Origin: Octopus sinensis
Lineage: Eukaryota
Assembly: GCF_006345805.1 (NCBI RefSeq)
Contig: NC_043000.1
Span: 152,086,001-152,150,000 of the forward strand
DNA: 64,000 nt
Direction: 5' to 3'
Positions 13,555 to 24,534 of the stretch are shown here, piece after piece (position 1 is the stretch's first letter; each line of letters starts with the position of its first letter). Below the pieces are notes generated by a model. It made no database searches. It was not told where the DNA came from and saw nothing but the letters and a program-made list of their open reading frames with translations. Position numbers and translations under genes: made by a program.

Positions 13555-14125
13555 ATCATCATCATTATTTAGCGTCCGCTTTCCATGCTAGCATGGGTTG
13601 GACGGTTCAACTGGGGTCTGTGAAGCCAGAAGGCTGCATCAGGCCCAGTCTGATCTGGCAGTATTTCTACGGCTGGATGCCCTTCCTAACGTCAACCACT
13701 CCGTGAGTGTAGTGGGTGCTTTTTACGTGCCACCCGCACAGGTGCCAGACGGAGCTGGCAAACGGCCACGGACGGATGGTGCTTTTTACGTGCCACCGGC
13801 ATGGGGGCCAGGGGAGGCTGGCAACGGCCACGATCGGATGGTGCTTTTTACATGCCACCGGCATGGGGGCCAGGCGAGGCTGGCAATGGCCACGAACAGA
13901 TGGTGCTTTTTACGGAGGCCAGTTGGGGCGGTGCTGGCAACAGCCACGATCGGATGGTTCGCTTACTTGTCACCGGCACTGGTATCACAGCCGCAATTTC
14001 CATTGATGTTGATCGACTTCGATTTTGGTTCTGCTTTCTGATATCTGATTTGATTTGGTTTGATTTGATTTTCACTTGCCTCAACGGGTCTTCACAAGTG
14101 GAGTTTTGTGTCCCAAGAAGAAAAG
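13555..14125 (-). mobile_element. Long RTE family C 3'-UTR copy
   Basis: Extends through (AAATC)n into sequence matching the UTR just after the RTE stop at about 48920-48960. Confidence 0.88.
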
Positions 14126-14777
14126 GTATGGTTGCAAGTATTTTCGTGATACTTTTCAATACACATTTTTCAGATAGACTTTCAAATTGTACTCCACTCT
14201 TCTAGATTTGTATCAGGACCTACCTTCTTGTGAAGAGTAAATAATATACCCAAATATTGATGATGTGTGCATTGATCTTAACTTTAGCTTGGTATCTTGA
14301 ATGCTAAAATATGTTCGTGTTAAGTACCATATCTCATGACATAAAAGTAGTCTGTAAAAGTGTACTATATTTATTACTTCAAACCCATCTGGAACAACAA
14401 AACAATGGATGAAACCTCTGTATGTTCACTTGTCCTGCTAAAAATAGCAGCGAAATCTCCAAATAACACCTGATTTAGATTATAAATAATAAAGAAAAGG
14501 ATGCCACATTGGATAGTGTAATATGGGGCAATCAAAACTCCATCCTCAGTAAATACTATGTCATTTCTGTTTTAGATCACTTACTTCGTGATTTTGGAAA
14601 CTTGCGTTTATGTTTCCTTGCAAAGGATAGCATTTTCTTGGATACTGTCAACACAGGGTTATGACTCTCGTTTCCGCCATTCACAGAATAATGAAAATAA
14701 TACCTGTATTCTGATAAATGTCAACTTTTCATGTACAGCCTCTAAAACTGGTTCCAAAATATCAAACACACTGAAAT

Positions 14778-15175
14778 TAATCATCATCATCATCATCGTT
14801 TAACGTCCGCTTTCCATGCTAGCATGGGTTGGACGATTTGACTGAGGGCTGGCGAACCAGATGGCTGCACCAGGCTCCAGTCTTAATCTGGCAGAGTTTC
14901 TACAGCTGCCAACCACTCCGAGAGTGTAGTGGGTGCTTTTACATGCCACTGGCATGGGGGCAAGTCAGGCGGTACTGGCAACGACCTCGCTTGAATGTTT
15001 TTACACGTGCCAGTAAAGTGATGCTGGTAGCGATCACGCTCGAATGGTGCCTTTTATGTGCCACCGGCACAGAAGCCAGTTAGCCGCTCTGGCAACGATC
15101 ACGCTCGGATGGTGTTCTTAGCACCCTACTAGCACGGGGCACAAGTGCTAGTAAGGCGACGCTGGTAGTAAGGCG
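14778..15175 (-). mobile_element. RTE family C 3'-UTR copy
   Basis: Reverse complement nearly collinear with 1302-1723. Confidence 0.85.
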
Positions 15176-15529
15176 TTACAAGAATAGTTGTCTCCTTTAG
15201 CATCAATCAACTTTTATTCAACCTGTTAGAAATAGCAGCCAGATTTCCATAAAATCACACTCCATTATGTGAAGTAAAGAATATGTTGGACAGTGTAGCT
15301 CCTAGTATATATATTCAAAAGTATATGATGGTCAACATTGGAACATCTCTACGCATAGGTCTGCACTGTGAGAACATTTTAACTTTAGCCAATGTGGTTT
15401 AGTAATTCTGTCATCCTTATTGTTCTGTGATGGAGATCAGTTGTATTCCATTATTAATATCTCTATACCTTTCTTATTCTTCTTTTGATAACTCACAAGA
15501 CTCTTGCACATTTTACATCCAATTTACAT

Positions 15530-16268
15530 ACAATCCAACTCTCTCTCCAATGCCCAGTCTCTCTTACAATCTCTTGAACAAGCCTCAAATTGTGTAGGTC
15601 TTTACCTCAATGAGGCCAAGACTGAATACATAAACAAGTGCCTGTCCAACAGTGATTGCATCATCCACACTCTCAACAGTGCACCTTTAAATATGGTTTC
15701 TGATTATAAATATCTTGGGTCATACATATCATCATCTGGAAAAGACTTTCTAACTAGAAAGGGTATGGCCTGGTCAGCCTGTAATGACATGCATAAGATC
15801 TGGTCATCAATCTAAGTAGAGACTTCAAACTTGAAATATTCAAAGCCACAGTCGAACCAATTCTACTATATGGCTCAGAAACCTGGACGTTATCAAAGAA
15901 GCTTGAGAGGCGGTTGGATGGAACCTACACTCACCTCCTTATGAGAGCTCAAAATCTCTCGTGGAGGCGCCATCCAACTAAAATGCAAATATATGGGAAA
16001 TTACCACCTGTGTCATCTCTTGTGAAAGGTAGGAGAGTCCAGTTTGCTGGACATTGTTGTAGAGCTGAAAAAGAAGTAATTTCTACTCTTCTCCTCTGGA
16101 AGCCATCTACTCGCAACACCAGAGGGCGCACACTCTCCTACCCTGATGTAATCTCCAAGGATACAGGCATCCAGCAACAGGACCTCCGTAATGCTATGAT
16201 GGACCGTGAAGTCTGGCGCAACATGGTAAATTCCATTGTCTCGACCACGGTCGAACAATGATGATGAA
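15530..16268 (+). mobile_element. 5'-truncated RTE-clade LINE (family D), RT C-terminus and (TGA)n tail
   Basis: GLYLNEAKTEY, YKYLGSYI, ILLYGSETWTL, RRVQFAGHCCR...DREVWRNMV..., stop, then tgatgatga. One stop or frameshift near 15815. Confidence 0.9.
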
Positions 16269-16910
16269 TGATTACATCCAGAATCTTAATTTTATATGTG
16301 AATTAGGCTCAATCTAAAATTGGAGTCACTTGTTTTATTCATTTGTGAGTGTAAATTTGTGCATATTTGTCACCATCATCAATTAATGTCCACGTTGCAC
16401 ACTGGCATGTTTTGGACGGTTTGACAAAGAGGTAATGAACCAAGGACTGCATCATACTCCAGTGTCTTCTGCTTTCTATGGCTGGGTGCCTTTCCTAATG
16501 TCAACCTCTTTACAGTGTGTACAGGGTGCGTTTTCATGCACTAGTGCTATTGAGGTCACCATGTAGCTCACAAGGCAACAATCCCCTGGGAGAGAAGAAG
16601 CTGGAGTAGAACAAGATCTTGTAGAAGAGTTACATGACTATTCACACTTGAGAGAGAAAGAAAGTGAGAATGAATTAGAGGTTTCTCCAAGGAGACAGAC
16701 TGTCCAGGTGGCACCTCAGGTAGCACGAACAACAGCTGGTGGGGGAAATGCTAGCTTCTTTTTCTGTGTACTGTTTCTAAAATGAATTTCTATTAGATGC
16801 ACTTTCCATTATTTGTTAAATTCACATATCTATTTTGAAAATCATTAAATTGGAAAATTTAGTTTGCCTGTGGGTTTTTCTTTTTCTGCCTGACTCCCTG
16901 CTCTCTACCT

Positions 16911-17120
16911 TATTTAAATTTGACAGATATTTGTCTTCCTCTTGTTTGTTATTAACATACTGTTTCGGCTGATTTACTCTCCAGCCTTTATCAGGTGTCT
17001 TGGGGAAATTTTGAACCTGGGTTCTCATTCCTAAGGTATTTGTTGTTATTGTTCAGGTCACTGCCTGGAATCGAACTCGGAATCTTGGGGTTAGTAGCTG
17101 CACTCTTAAGCACTGCCATA
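16911..17120 (-). mobile_element. Second, inverted copy of the tRNA-headed hammerhead element (degenerate core CTGATAA)
   Basis: Reverse complement reads tatggcagtgcttaagagtgcagctactaaccccaagattccgagttcgattcc...gacacctgataaaggctggagagtaaatcagccgaaacag..., collinear with 17117-17590. Confidence 0.75.
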
Positions 17121-17226
17121 TGTGGTTAAGAATGCAGGTTACTAACTGCAAGATTCCGAGTTCGATTCCGGGTAGTGACCTGAATAATAATAATGATAAC
17201 AACAACATCGAAAAATACCTTAGGAA

Positions 17227-17490
17227 CAATGGAAATTGCAGCTGTGATACCAGTGCCGGTGGCATGTAAGCGAACCATCCGATCGTGGCCATTTGCCAGC
17301 CCCGTCTGGCACGTAAAAAGCACCTACTACACTCACGGAGTGGTTGGCGTTAGGAAGGGCATCCAGCTGTAGAAACATTGCCAGATCAGACTGGAGCCTG
17401 GTGCAGCCTTCTGGCTTCCCAGACCCCAGTTGAACCGTCCAACTCATGCTAGCATGGAAAGCGGACGCTAGATGATGATGATGATGATGA
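17227..17490 (+). mobile_element. RTE family C 3'-UTR copy nested in the hammerhead element
   Basis: Splits the host at taggaa|...|atgagaac. Confidence 0.88.
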
Positions 17491-17519
17491 ATGAGAACCC
17501 AGGTTCAAAATTTCCCCAT

Positions 17520-17565
17520 GACACCTGATGAAGGCTGGAGGGTATATCAGCCGAAACGTTGTGTT
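17520..17565 (+). ncRNA. Minimal type I hammerhead ribozyme motif (Penelope-type)
   Basis: gacac-CTGATGA-a-GGCTG[gagggtatat]CAGCC-GAAA-cg-TT-gtgtt. Intact core boxes, 5-6 bp stem II, stem I gacac/gtgtt, and palindromic ACGT in place of stem III. Activity untested. Confidence 0.65.
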
Positions 17566-17679
17566 AACGACAACAAGATGAAGACAAATATCTGTCAAAT
17601 TTAAATAGTGTAAATAATGTACATAATTCCTCATCTCTTGAATATAGAACTGTATTCTCTGCTCTCTTTTGCATTTCAG

Positions 17680-17834
17680 ATCTGATGATGATGACGATGA
17701 TGAGAATGAATTGAATCAAGATAATAATGAAAATTCTGAATCTGGAGAAAGGCACGACAGTAGTCAAGGGCCTTGGAGTAAACAAGGTGCACAAACACCT
17801 CCAGCTCCCTCCCCAACACCTGCACCTGCACCAG
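17680..17834 (+). CDS. CDV3: CDV3 homolog, internal coding exon
   Basis: Acceptor ctcttttgcatttcag, donor g|gtacag (phase 2 to 1). Translation (K)SDDDDDDENELNQDNNENSESGERHDSSQGPWSKQGAQTPPAPSPTPAPAP has the acidic stretch and GPW motif typical of CDV3. Confidence 0.87.
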
Positions 17835-17954
17835 GTACAGTGAAGTAATCCTCATTTAATAATCTGCATTAACTCTTTGTTGATATTATAGAATGAATTC
17901 ACAATAGTTCACGGTTCTGGAAATGTTTTCAAAGAACTAATATAACTAATATAA

Positions 17955-18340
17955 GGCGCAGGAGTGGCTGTGTGGTAAGTAGCTTGTTTACCAACCACAT
18001 GGTTCCGGGTTCAGTCCCACTGTGTGGCACCTTGGGCAAGTGTCTTCTACTATAGCCTCGGGCTGACCAAAGCCTTGTGAGTGGATTTGGTAGACGGAAA
18101 CTGAAAGAAGCCCGTCGTGTGTATATATATATATATATATGCGTGTCTGTGTTTGTCCCCCTAGCATTGCTTGACAACCGATGCTGGTGTGTTTATGTCC
18201 CTGTTACTTAGCAGTTCGGCAAAAGAGACTGATAGAATAAGTACTGGGCTTACAAAAAGAATAAGTACCGGGGTCGAGTTGCTCAATTAAAGGCGGTGCT
18301 CCAGCATGGCCGCAGTCAAATGACCGAAACAAGTGAAAGA
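17955..18340 (+). mobile_element. tRNA-derived SINE family A, full length
   Basis: A box tggctgtgtggt, B box gggttcagtccc, internal (TA)n(TG)n, tail ggcggtgctccagcatggccgcagtcaaatgac. Confidence 0.9.
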
Positions 18341-18360
18341 TAACTTGTACATGCGCAAGT

Positions 18361-18702
18361 GTATGTGTGGTAAGAATTTAGCTTCCCAACCCCAATGGTT
18401 CTGGGTTCACTCCCACTGTGTGGCCTGTTGGACTGGTGTCTTCTACTACAGCCTCAGGCTGACCAAAACCTTGTGAGTGGATGTGGTTGATGAGAACTGA
18501 AAGAAGCTTGTTTTGTGTGTGTGTGTGTGTGTTTTGTCCCCACTGCCACTTGACAATTGGTACCCCCATAACTTAGCAGTTCAGCAAAAGAGAACAATAG
18601 AATAAATACCAGGTTTTACAAGAAGAAAAAAAAAAAAGGTACTGGGGGTCAATTTGACTAAAATTGTTCAAGGTTGCTGACTAATGACTGAAACAAACAA
18701 AA
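18361..18702 (+). mobile_element. SINE family A, degraded tandem copy
   Basis: Diverged but collinear with 17955-18340. Confidence 0.7.
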
Positions 18703-18777
18703 GATTAAAGGTGCATCTGTTATAATAAATTGTCTCTTCTTTGATATCAACTTTTTCTTTCTTTCAATTTTTTCCAG

Positions 18778-18964
18778 AAACTCCAGAACCAGTAGCAGCT
18801 CAGGAAACACCAAAATCAGTTGGACGATATATACCACCTTCTCAACGTGGTAACAGTTCTAGTGCAGCATCAGTAACAAGAACAAGATTAGCTAAAAAAA
18901 CAGCTCCGAATATCCAGAGTGAAGTTGATTTTCCAACCCTTGGAGGTGGCGCTCCTAATGACGT
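18778..18964 (+). CDS. CDV3: CDV3 homolog, internal coding exon
   Basis: Long pyrimidine tract ending ttccag, donor gt|gtaagg (phase 1 to 2). Translation (E)TPEPVAAQETPKSVGRYIPPSQRG...APNIQSEVDFPTLGGGAPND(V) matches the CDV3 motifs YRPP and PEIYSDTQFPSL. Confidence 0.88.
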
Positions 18965-19059
18965 GTAAGGTGTTACGATTTTATTTTTCTAAAATTTTTG
19001 AAATTTTAAATATCAAATCATATGATTTCAGTTGATTAAATAAAGCTTTTATTTATATA

Positions 19060-19360
19060 CTAGCAGTATCGCCCGGCGTTGCTTGGGTTTGTAAGGGAAA
19101 TAACTATATAAGCATTTTTAGAGAGTTACTTCCCTTATATAATAGCAAAAATGCATTAAAAATGGGGAAAAAATGATGGTAAATTTTTTTTAAATCATAG
19201 ACTCATCGTAGACGCGCGCTAATACCCAGAAGGGCACGATATGAATAACGACTACAAGATACCCGGTTTTGGTTAAACTGTACCGCAAAATGTGGGAGTA
19301 GTTAGGAATCTAAATCGTAGGAGACAGACACTCACACAACTTCACTTTTATATATAAAGA
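19060..19360 (-). mobile_element. Non-autonomous Helitron-like element
   Basis: Same termini in reverse (ctagcagtatcgcccggcg...tatataaaga), A^T site. Confidence 0.8.
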
Positions 19361-20107
19361 TTTTGGTGTGTGTATCTGGGATTCTATCCTTCCTTGAACC
19401 CCCTTTATCAAGTCAGATTCAAAAGTTCAAACTTGAACATTATTTGTATTAACTTTATTTAATTGTCCCTGTCTCTTCGTGAGGAAGGACATTGAAAGCC
19501 TGTGGATAAATTGTGTCAGTGAAGTTTATTGGTTACATATGTATGCTTGGTTGTTACTTAGAAAAACTCGCAACTATTTTTGATAATTCCTATTTGTGGT
19601 GGAGAATACATTAAGTTGCAATATGTGAATCCCTCAAGATTCTCACAGGAATTTTTGTCTTATGCAATGATTCAGTCAACACAACTACCATGTCATTGCT
19701 ATGTAAGTAGCTGGCTATTCCATAAGTACATGCACACTTTATATAATTCTCAGGTAGACTTATCATGTTACTGTGTATGACAAGGCTTTACCTTCAAATT
19801 ACATGTAGAATCCACTCAATAGGCTTCCACAGTTTCTGTGTTTTATAAGAAGGCTGGATTGGCCTGAGGGGCTCTGGTAGATAACACTTACCTAAGTTAT
19901 TGCACTAAATTAAATTTTATAATAGAGTGAACTTTTTAACCTATTGTCACTACACCCATCTTGGTAATACTAAACCAAAAATTGTCAGTAAAAGTTAAGC
20001 AGAATCTCTGATATAACAAAAAGTGAGGTGTGCATGATTTTTTGTATTTAATTGGGAATAGAATTCTCATTCTGTAATAAACAGAATAAACATTCTGTAA
20101 TAAAACA

Positions 20108-20270
20108 GGCGCAGGAGTGGCTGTGTGGTAAGTAGCTTGCTAACCAACCACATGGTTCCGGGTTCAGTCCCACTGCGTGGCATCTTGGGCAAGTGTATTC
20201 TGCTATCGCCCCGGGCCGACTAATGCCTTGTGAGTGGATTTGGTAGACGGAAACTGAAAGAAGCCTGTCG

Positions 20271-20360
<90 letters not shown>

Positions 20361-20580
20361 TGTGTTGTGTGTGTGTGTGTGTGTGTGTGTGTTTGTCTCC
20401 CTAGCATTGCTTGACAACCGATGCTGGTGTGTTTACGTCCCCGTAACTTAGCGGTTCGGCAAAAGAGACCGATAGAATAAGTACTGGGCCTACAAAGAAT
20501 AAGTCCCAGGGTTGATTTGCTCGACTAAAGGTGGTGTTCCAGCATGGCCACAGTCAAATGACTGAAACAAGTAAAAGAGT
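20108..20580 (+). mobile_element. SINE family A, full length
   Basis: Collinear with the other copies, expanded internal microsatellite. Confidence 0.9.
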
Positions 20581-20798
20581 GGATTTGTGGTTGAGTATGT
20601 TGAATTGACTTCATTCCTTTACTGATTTCAGTCACTGTACTGTAGAAATCCTGAAGCACAAGTTTCTAAAGTGTAGGGAATTATAAATTCCCACTATCCT
20701 CAATACTTATTTTATTAAACGCAGAAGGACAAAAGGTGAAGTAGGCTGGAATAGAGTTTTAACTCTGTGTTCAAAAGGGGTATAATCAAATATCTTAA

Positions 20799-21004
20799 CC
20801 CTTTAGCATTTAAACCGGCCATATCCGGCCAAAAGTATTCTGCCTGTTTTATGTTAAAACTGGCCAGATCTAGTCTCTCACACCAACCCTACAATATCGT
20901 TTTAAAAATTAACAGCTACATCATCAAAATCTCATAGCTACAAGATAGGACAATGAGGACAAAAACAGCATTAGTTTTGGCAGAATAATGCGAACACTAA
21001 AGGG
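20799..21004. mobile_element. piggyBac-like MITE (family 2)
   Basis: TTAA|CCCTTTAGCATT...AACACTAAAGGG|TTAA. Confidence 0.85.
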
Positions 21005-22072
21005 TTAAGGTATTTTTGTCCACCATTCTACTAACTTAGCCTTTGTTAAAATTTTATATTATGTCTGATGCTAATTTCTATTAATCCTAGGAGAATTGAT
21101 AGCAGTTTCATAAGATTTGTCTTTAACTTCTTAGAGTTAAAACAAGTAACTGATAACATGTACTGAAGTTGATTTTCAGTTGTAGCAATAGCCATTTTAG
21201 CCATTTTGAAATGTGGTGCGAATTGGCAATATGATGTAATGTCTTTGCCGAGGAATTGTCATTTTCGTTTTTTTCCCATTGGTTAGTGTAACTGCTCGTA
21301 TAAAGATTCTAGAAGTTTCGAAAAGAATGTTTGTCCTGAATTTCGATTCTTTTTGATCAGGTTGAGCAGTTATAAAAACCCTGGATTTGGGGAGAGACTT
21401 TAGTGTTCGTTTGGTAGTCATTCAACTCCACGACACTCACTCTTTTGGAGACATCGGTAAATTTTTATGCCATGTCTATGTTAATCAAAAATCTATTTTG
21501 ATTTGTTGGTTAACGTATTAGATAGAAAAAGAAATTAGCTAAGGAATTTAAAGTCGTTTTTTCTTCACGACTAAGTTATCTTTCTTGTAAATAAATATAA
21601 AATGTTATATTTATATAAATAAAATAATTAAAAAGAAAATGTTTCTCTTCATGTTTGTTTTTCAACTGAGCATAGATAAATATGCATTTCCGTAATCTTT
21701 GTTTTATGTTTCTTATAGCGGTTTAAAGGACACGATTAAAATATTCAACATACATGGTCGTTGATGTAGCGTTCCATGCGTATATGTCTATATGACGTTA
21801 TAACTGCAGTTAGGGTTAAAGATACAATGATAGCACTTTAGTATAAGTGACGATAAATCGTTATATTCTCCCTAGCTTCAAGAGAAAAGCCTAAATGAAT
21901 ATTATAACTTAAGAGAAAGCTTAAGGTAGAATAAACCGACAGCCACCATAGGAAACAGTCAACTATACTCCACCTCTACTCTTTGTGATTATCTGCTAAT
22001 ACAAGAAATCTTTACCACATGCAAAACCATGTAATGATTTTTTTCTTATTTTGGGATTCTTTTCTTTTGCAG

Positions 22073-22184
22073 AGAGAAAAAATATATAGATCGAGTGCGT
22101 AATAACAACCGCAACTATGAAGATCCATCAAATCACAGTTTACCACTGAAATTAAATAATAAATTTAAAGTTCTCGAAGACTAA
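22073..22184 (+). CDS. CDV3: CDV3 homolog, terminal coding exon
   Basis: Acceptor tttcttttgcag with phase 2 matching the upstream exon. Translation (V)EKKYIDRVRNNNRNYEDPSNHSLPLKLNNKFKVLED* resembles the CDV3 C-terminus LKLQLDNQYAVLE. TAA at 22182-22184. Confidence 0.8.
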
Positions 22185-22185
22185 A

Positions 22186-22191
22186 AATAAA
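22186..22191 (+). promoter_or_regulatory. Possible polyadenylation signal AATAAA just after the CDV3 stop
   Basis: AATAAA directly after the stop. Further AATAAA hexamers occur downstream in AT-rich sequence, so the site actually used is unknown. Confidence 0.25.
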
Positions 22192-23117
22192 CCATATTGA
22201 ACTTTGCCAGGGCAGGGACTAAGCAGCTTAGTTTGTAAGTAAAATAAAAATTGCTATACCAAGGAAAAATTCTGATGGACTTGAATGAGTTTTAATGATG
22301 TCTAAAGCTGTCTAAGTCCTCCTCTCTTGGAAACCATGAGCTGCTGTTGCCTGTGATACCTTCCATAAACCAGTCCTAGCATGACAGATAGCATTATCAA
22401 TTCGTGTTCTACTTGCCATTGCTGCTTCACACTGGGAAATATCTTGTTGCATTCTTTAACTTTTCTCGGCCTTCTTGAGAAAGGTGTTTTTATCTCCTTA
22501 AACATGCCAAAATATAGATGCACACATTTTTGTGTGCCACCTTTGAAAAAAAAATCAAGGTAACAACTGACACCCTTGAATTTAAAAACAAATTATGAAA
22601 ATAGATTTTATTTATGTTTTAGTAATATTAGCTCAATGAAATGAAATTAATGTTACTTTCTGAAGGTTTTTTTCTTTTTTTTTTCCAGTCAATTACTTAA
22701 CAGTAAGTAAACATTTGTTATGAACAATCCCCTGACAAGTATGAACACGCACACACATACACACATGCAAAGGCATATAATTCACACAGAAAGTTAAGTT
22801 CTTTGTTATTATCTGAGAAACTTTGATGCAACAGTTAAAATGTATAAAATAAAGCAATAATGCTCTGAATTTTCTGGATGTTTTTTTTTTTCATTTTCCG
22901 TATTTTATTTGTTTTTCTGGTTCACTAATATTTTAAATGTGATAAGGCTGTGGACTATTTTACACACACACACACACAATCAGTACAGTTTCCCTGCTTC
23001 TTGCTCCTTGAATGCACCTGAGAGCAAGTCTTACATGATTTGAACTCTCTTCTCCATGTTTACTCAGTATTGTACCAGTCCAATATCAGTGGTGAGATAT
23101 TTCAGGTAAGAGATATT

Positions 23118-23280
23118 TACTACACTCGCGGAGTAGTTGGCGTTAGGAAGGGCATCCAGCTGTAGAAACTCTGCCAGATCAGACTGGAGCCTGGTGCAGC
23201 CCCTGGCTTCCCAGACCCCGGTCAAACCGTCCAACCTGTGCTAGCTCGGAAAACGGACGTTAAACGATGATGTTGACGAT
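23118..23280 (+). mobile_element. RTE family C terminal module
   Basis: actacactcgcggagtagttggcgttaggaagggc...ggacgttaaacgatgatg. Confidence 0.85.
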
Positions 23281-23296
23281 GTCCTTTTATCGAGCA

Positions 23297-23673
23297 TCTC
23301 TCTCTATATAAACGGCAGTTTGTCTGTGTGCGTGTCTGTGTGTCTGTTAGGTTGTACCCTCACCCTGACCACGGCTTTCAACCGATTCTGATGAAACTTG
23401 ACACACACATAGCCCAATGTCATAATTCAAAACTAACGCAGCGAAAATTTTGAAAAGTTCCCCCAGTTCTGAAAAAAATCGATAAATTCGACATGGGGTC
23501 GAAAATCAGAAACACAAACCACAGACTGTCTAGGGGACGCAACTCGACCTTTTTAACTCTCAAAAAAATTTACCATTTTTTTTCCATTTTTTAATTTTTT
23601 GGCTATAGCTCTCTAAAAATGCTTTATAGTTATTTCCCTTACAAACCTGAGCAACGCCGGACGATACTGCTAG
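23297..23673 (+). mobile_element. Non-autonomous Helitron-like element with a different 5'/internal module
   Basis: TC...gcaacgccggacgatactgCTAG, A^T site. Only the last ~70 nt are shared with the other copies. Confidence 0.75.
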
Positions 23674-24184
23674 TTTCTTTATAAGTCCCCAATTATGTGC
23701 AGCAAGTAATTGAAGATGGTTCCTTCATTCTGGCAACACTGGAATGAATTAATGTTAAGCAGATTGATTCCAATTCCCCACATTGTTATAGCATTACAAA
23801 GGTGTTTCACCAGGTAAATTCTAGGATTGCACCAATTGATGATGGCGTCAACAAGAATTAGTCCCTAGAGTTTAGTAAGTTCAGTTGCTGTGAAGAATGA
23901 ACAATAAGTCCATCTAGGAGTGAGAGAGAGAGATAGATATAGACTGAGTATTGCTTGGATGATGGGTGAGAGTAAGTCTGAGGTAGAAGAAGAAACTAGA
24001 ACCTAGTGGAAGGCTAGAAATAGCCAATGCTTCAAGCCAGGCACTGGGAAAAGACAAGTGTCTCAAAAGGTGGAGCAGAGGATAGAGTGCAGCTGCACAT
24101 GGAAAACGATTTAGATTGGCTAAATTATTTAGCTAGTAACTGTAGTAAGCATTCAAAATGCTTTTATTTATAGGTACACATACA

Positions 24185-24534
24185 CGATGCCAGCGCCGCC
24201 TCGACTGGCTTCTGTGCCGGTGGCACATAAAAAGCACCATCCGAACATGGCTGATGCCAGCACCGCCTTGGCTGGCTTCCGTGCCAGTGGCACGTTAAAA
24301 GCACCAACCGATCGTGGCTGATGCCAGACCCCCCCACCCTGGCACCTGTGCAGGTGGCACATAAAGAGCACCCACTACACTCAGGGAATGGTTGGCGTTA
24401 GGAAGGGCATCCAGCTGTAGAAACACTGCCAGATCAGACTGGAGCCTGGTGCAGCCCCTGGCTTCCCAATTCCTGGTCGAACCGTCCAACTCGTGCTAGT
24501 GCGGAAAACTGACGTTAAACGATGATGATGATGA
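24185..24534 (+). mobile_element. RTE family C 3'-UTR copy
   Basis: Three units plus terminal module and (GAT)n. Confidence 0.85.

Larger units (their letters stand above)
17117..17653 (+). mobile_element. tRNA-headed SINE-like element with hammerhead tail, interrupted by an RTE-3'UTR copy (17227-17490)
   Basis: tRNA-like head (tggttaag...gagttcgattcc B box), (AAT)n linker, ...taccttaggaa|insert|atgagaacccagg..., hammerhead motif, then a tail ending about 26 nt before the CDV3 acceptor. Confidence 0.75.

Noticed and set aside
13598-14205. Overlapping 65-147 aa ORFs (and look-alikes at 1456, 3406, 6287, 24295, 31186, 60539)
   Set aside because: They are stop-poor frames of the GC-rich family C UTR repeat and recur wherever the repeat does.
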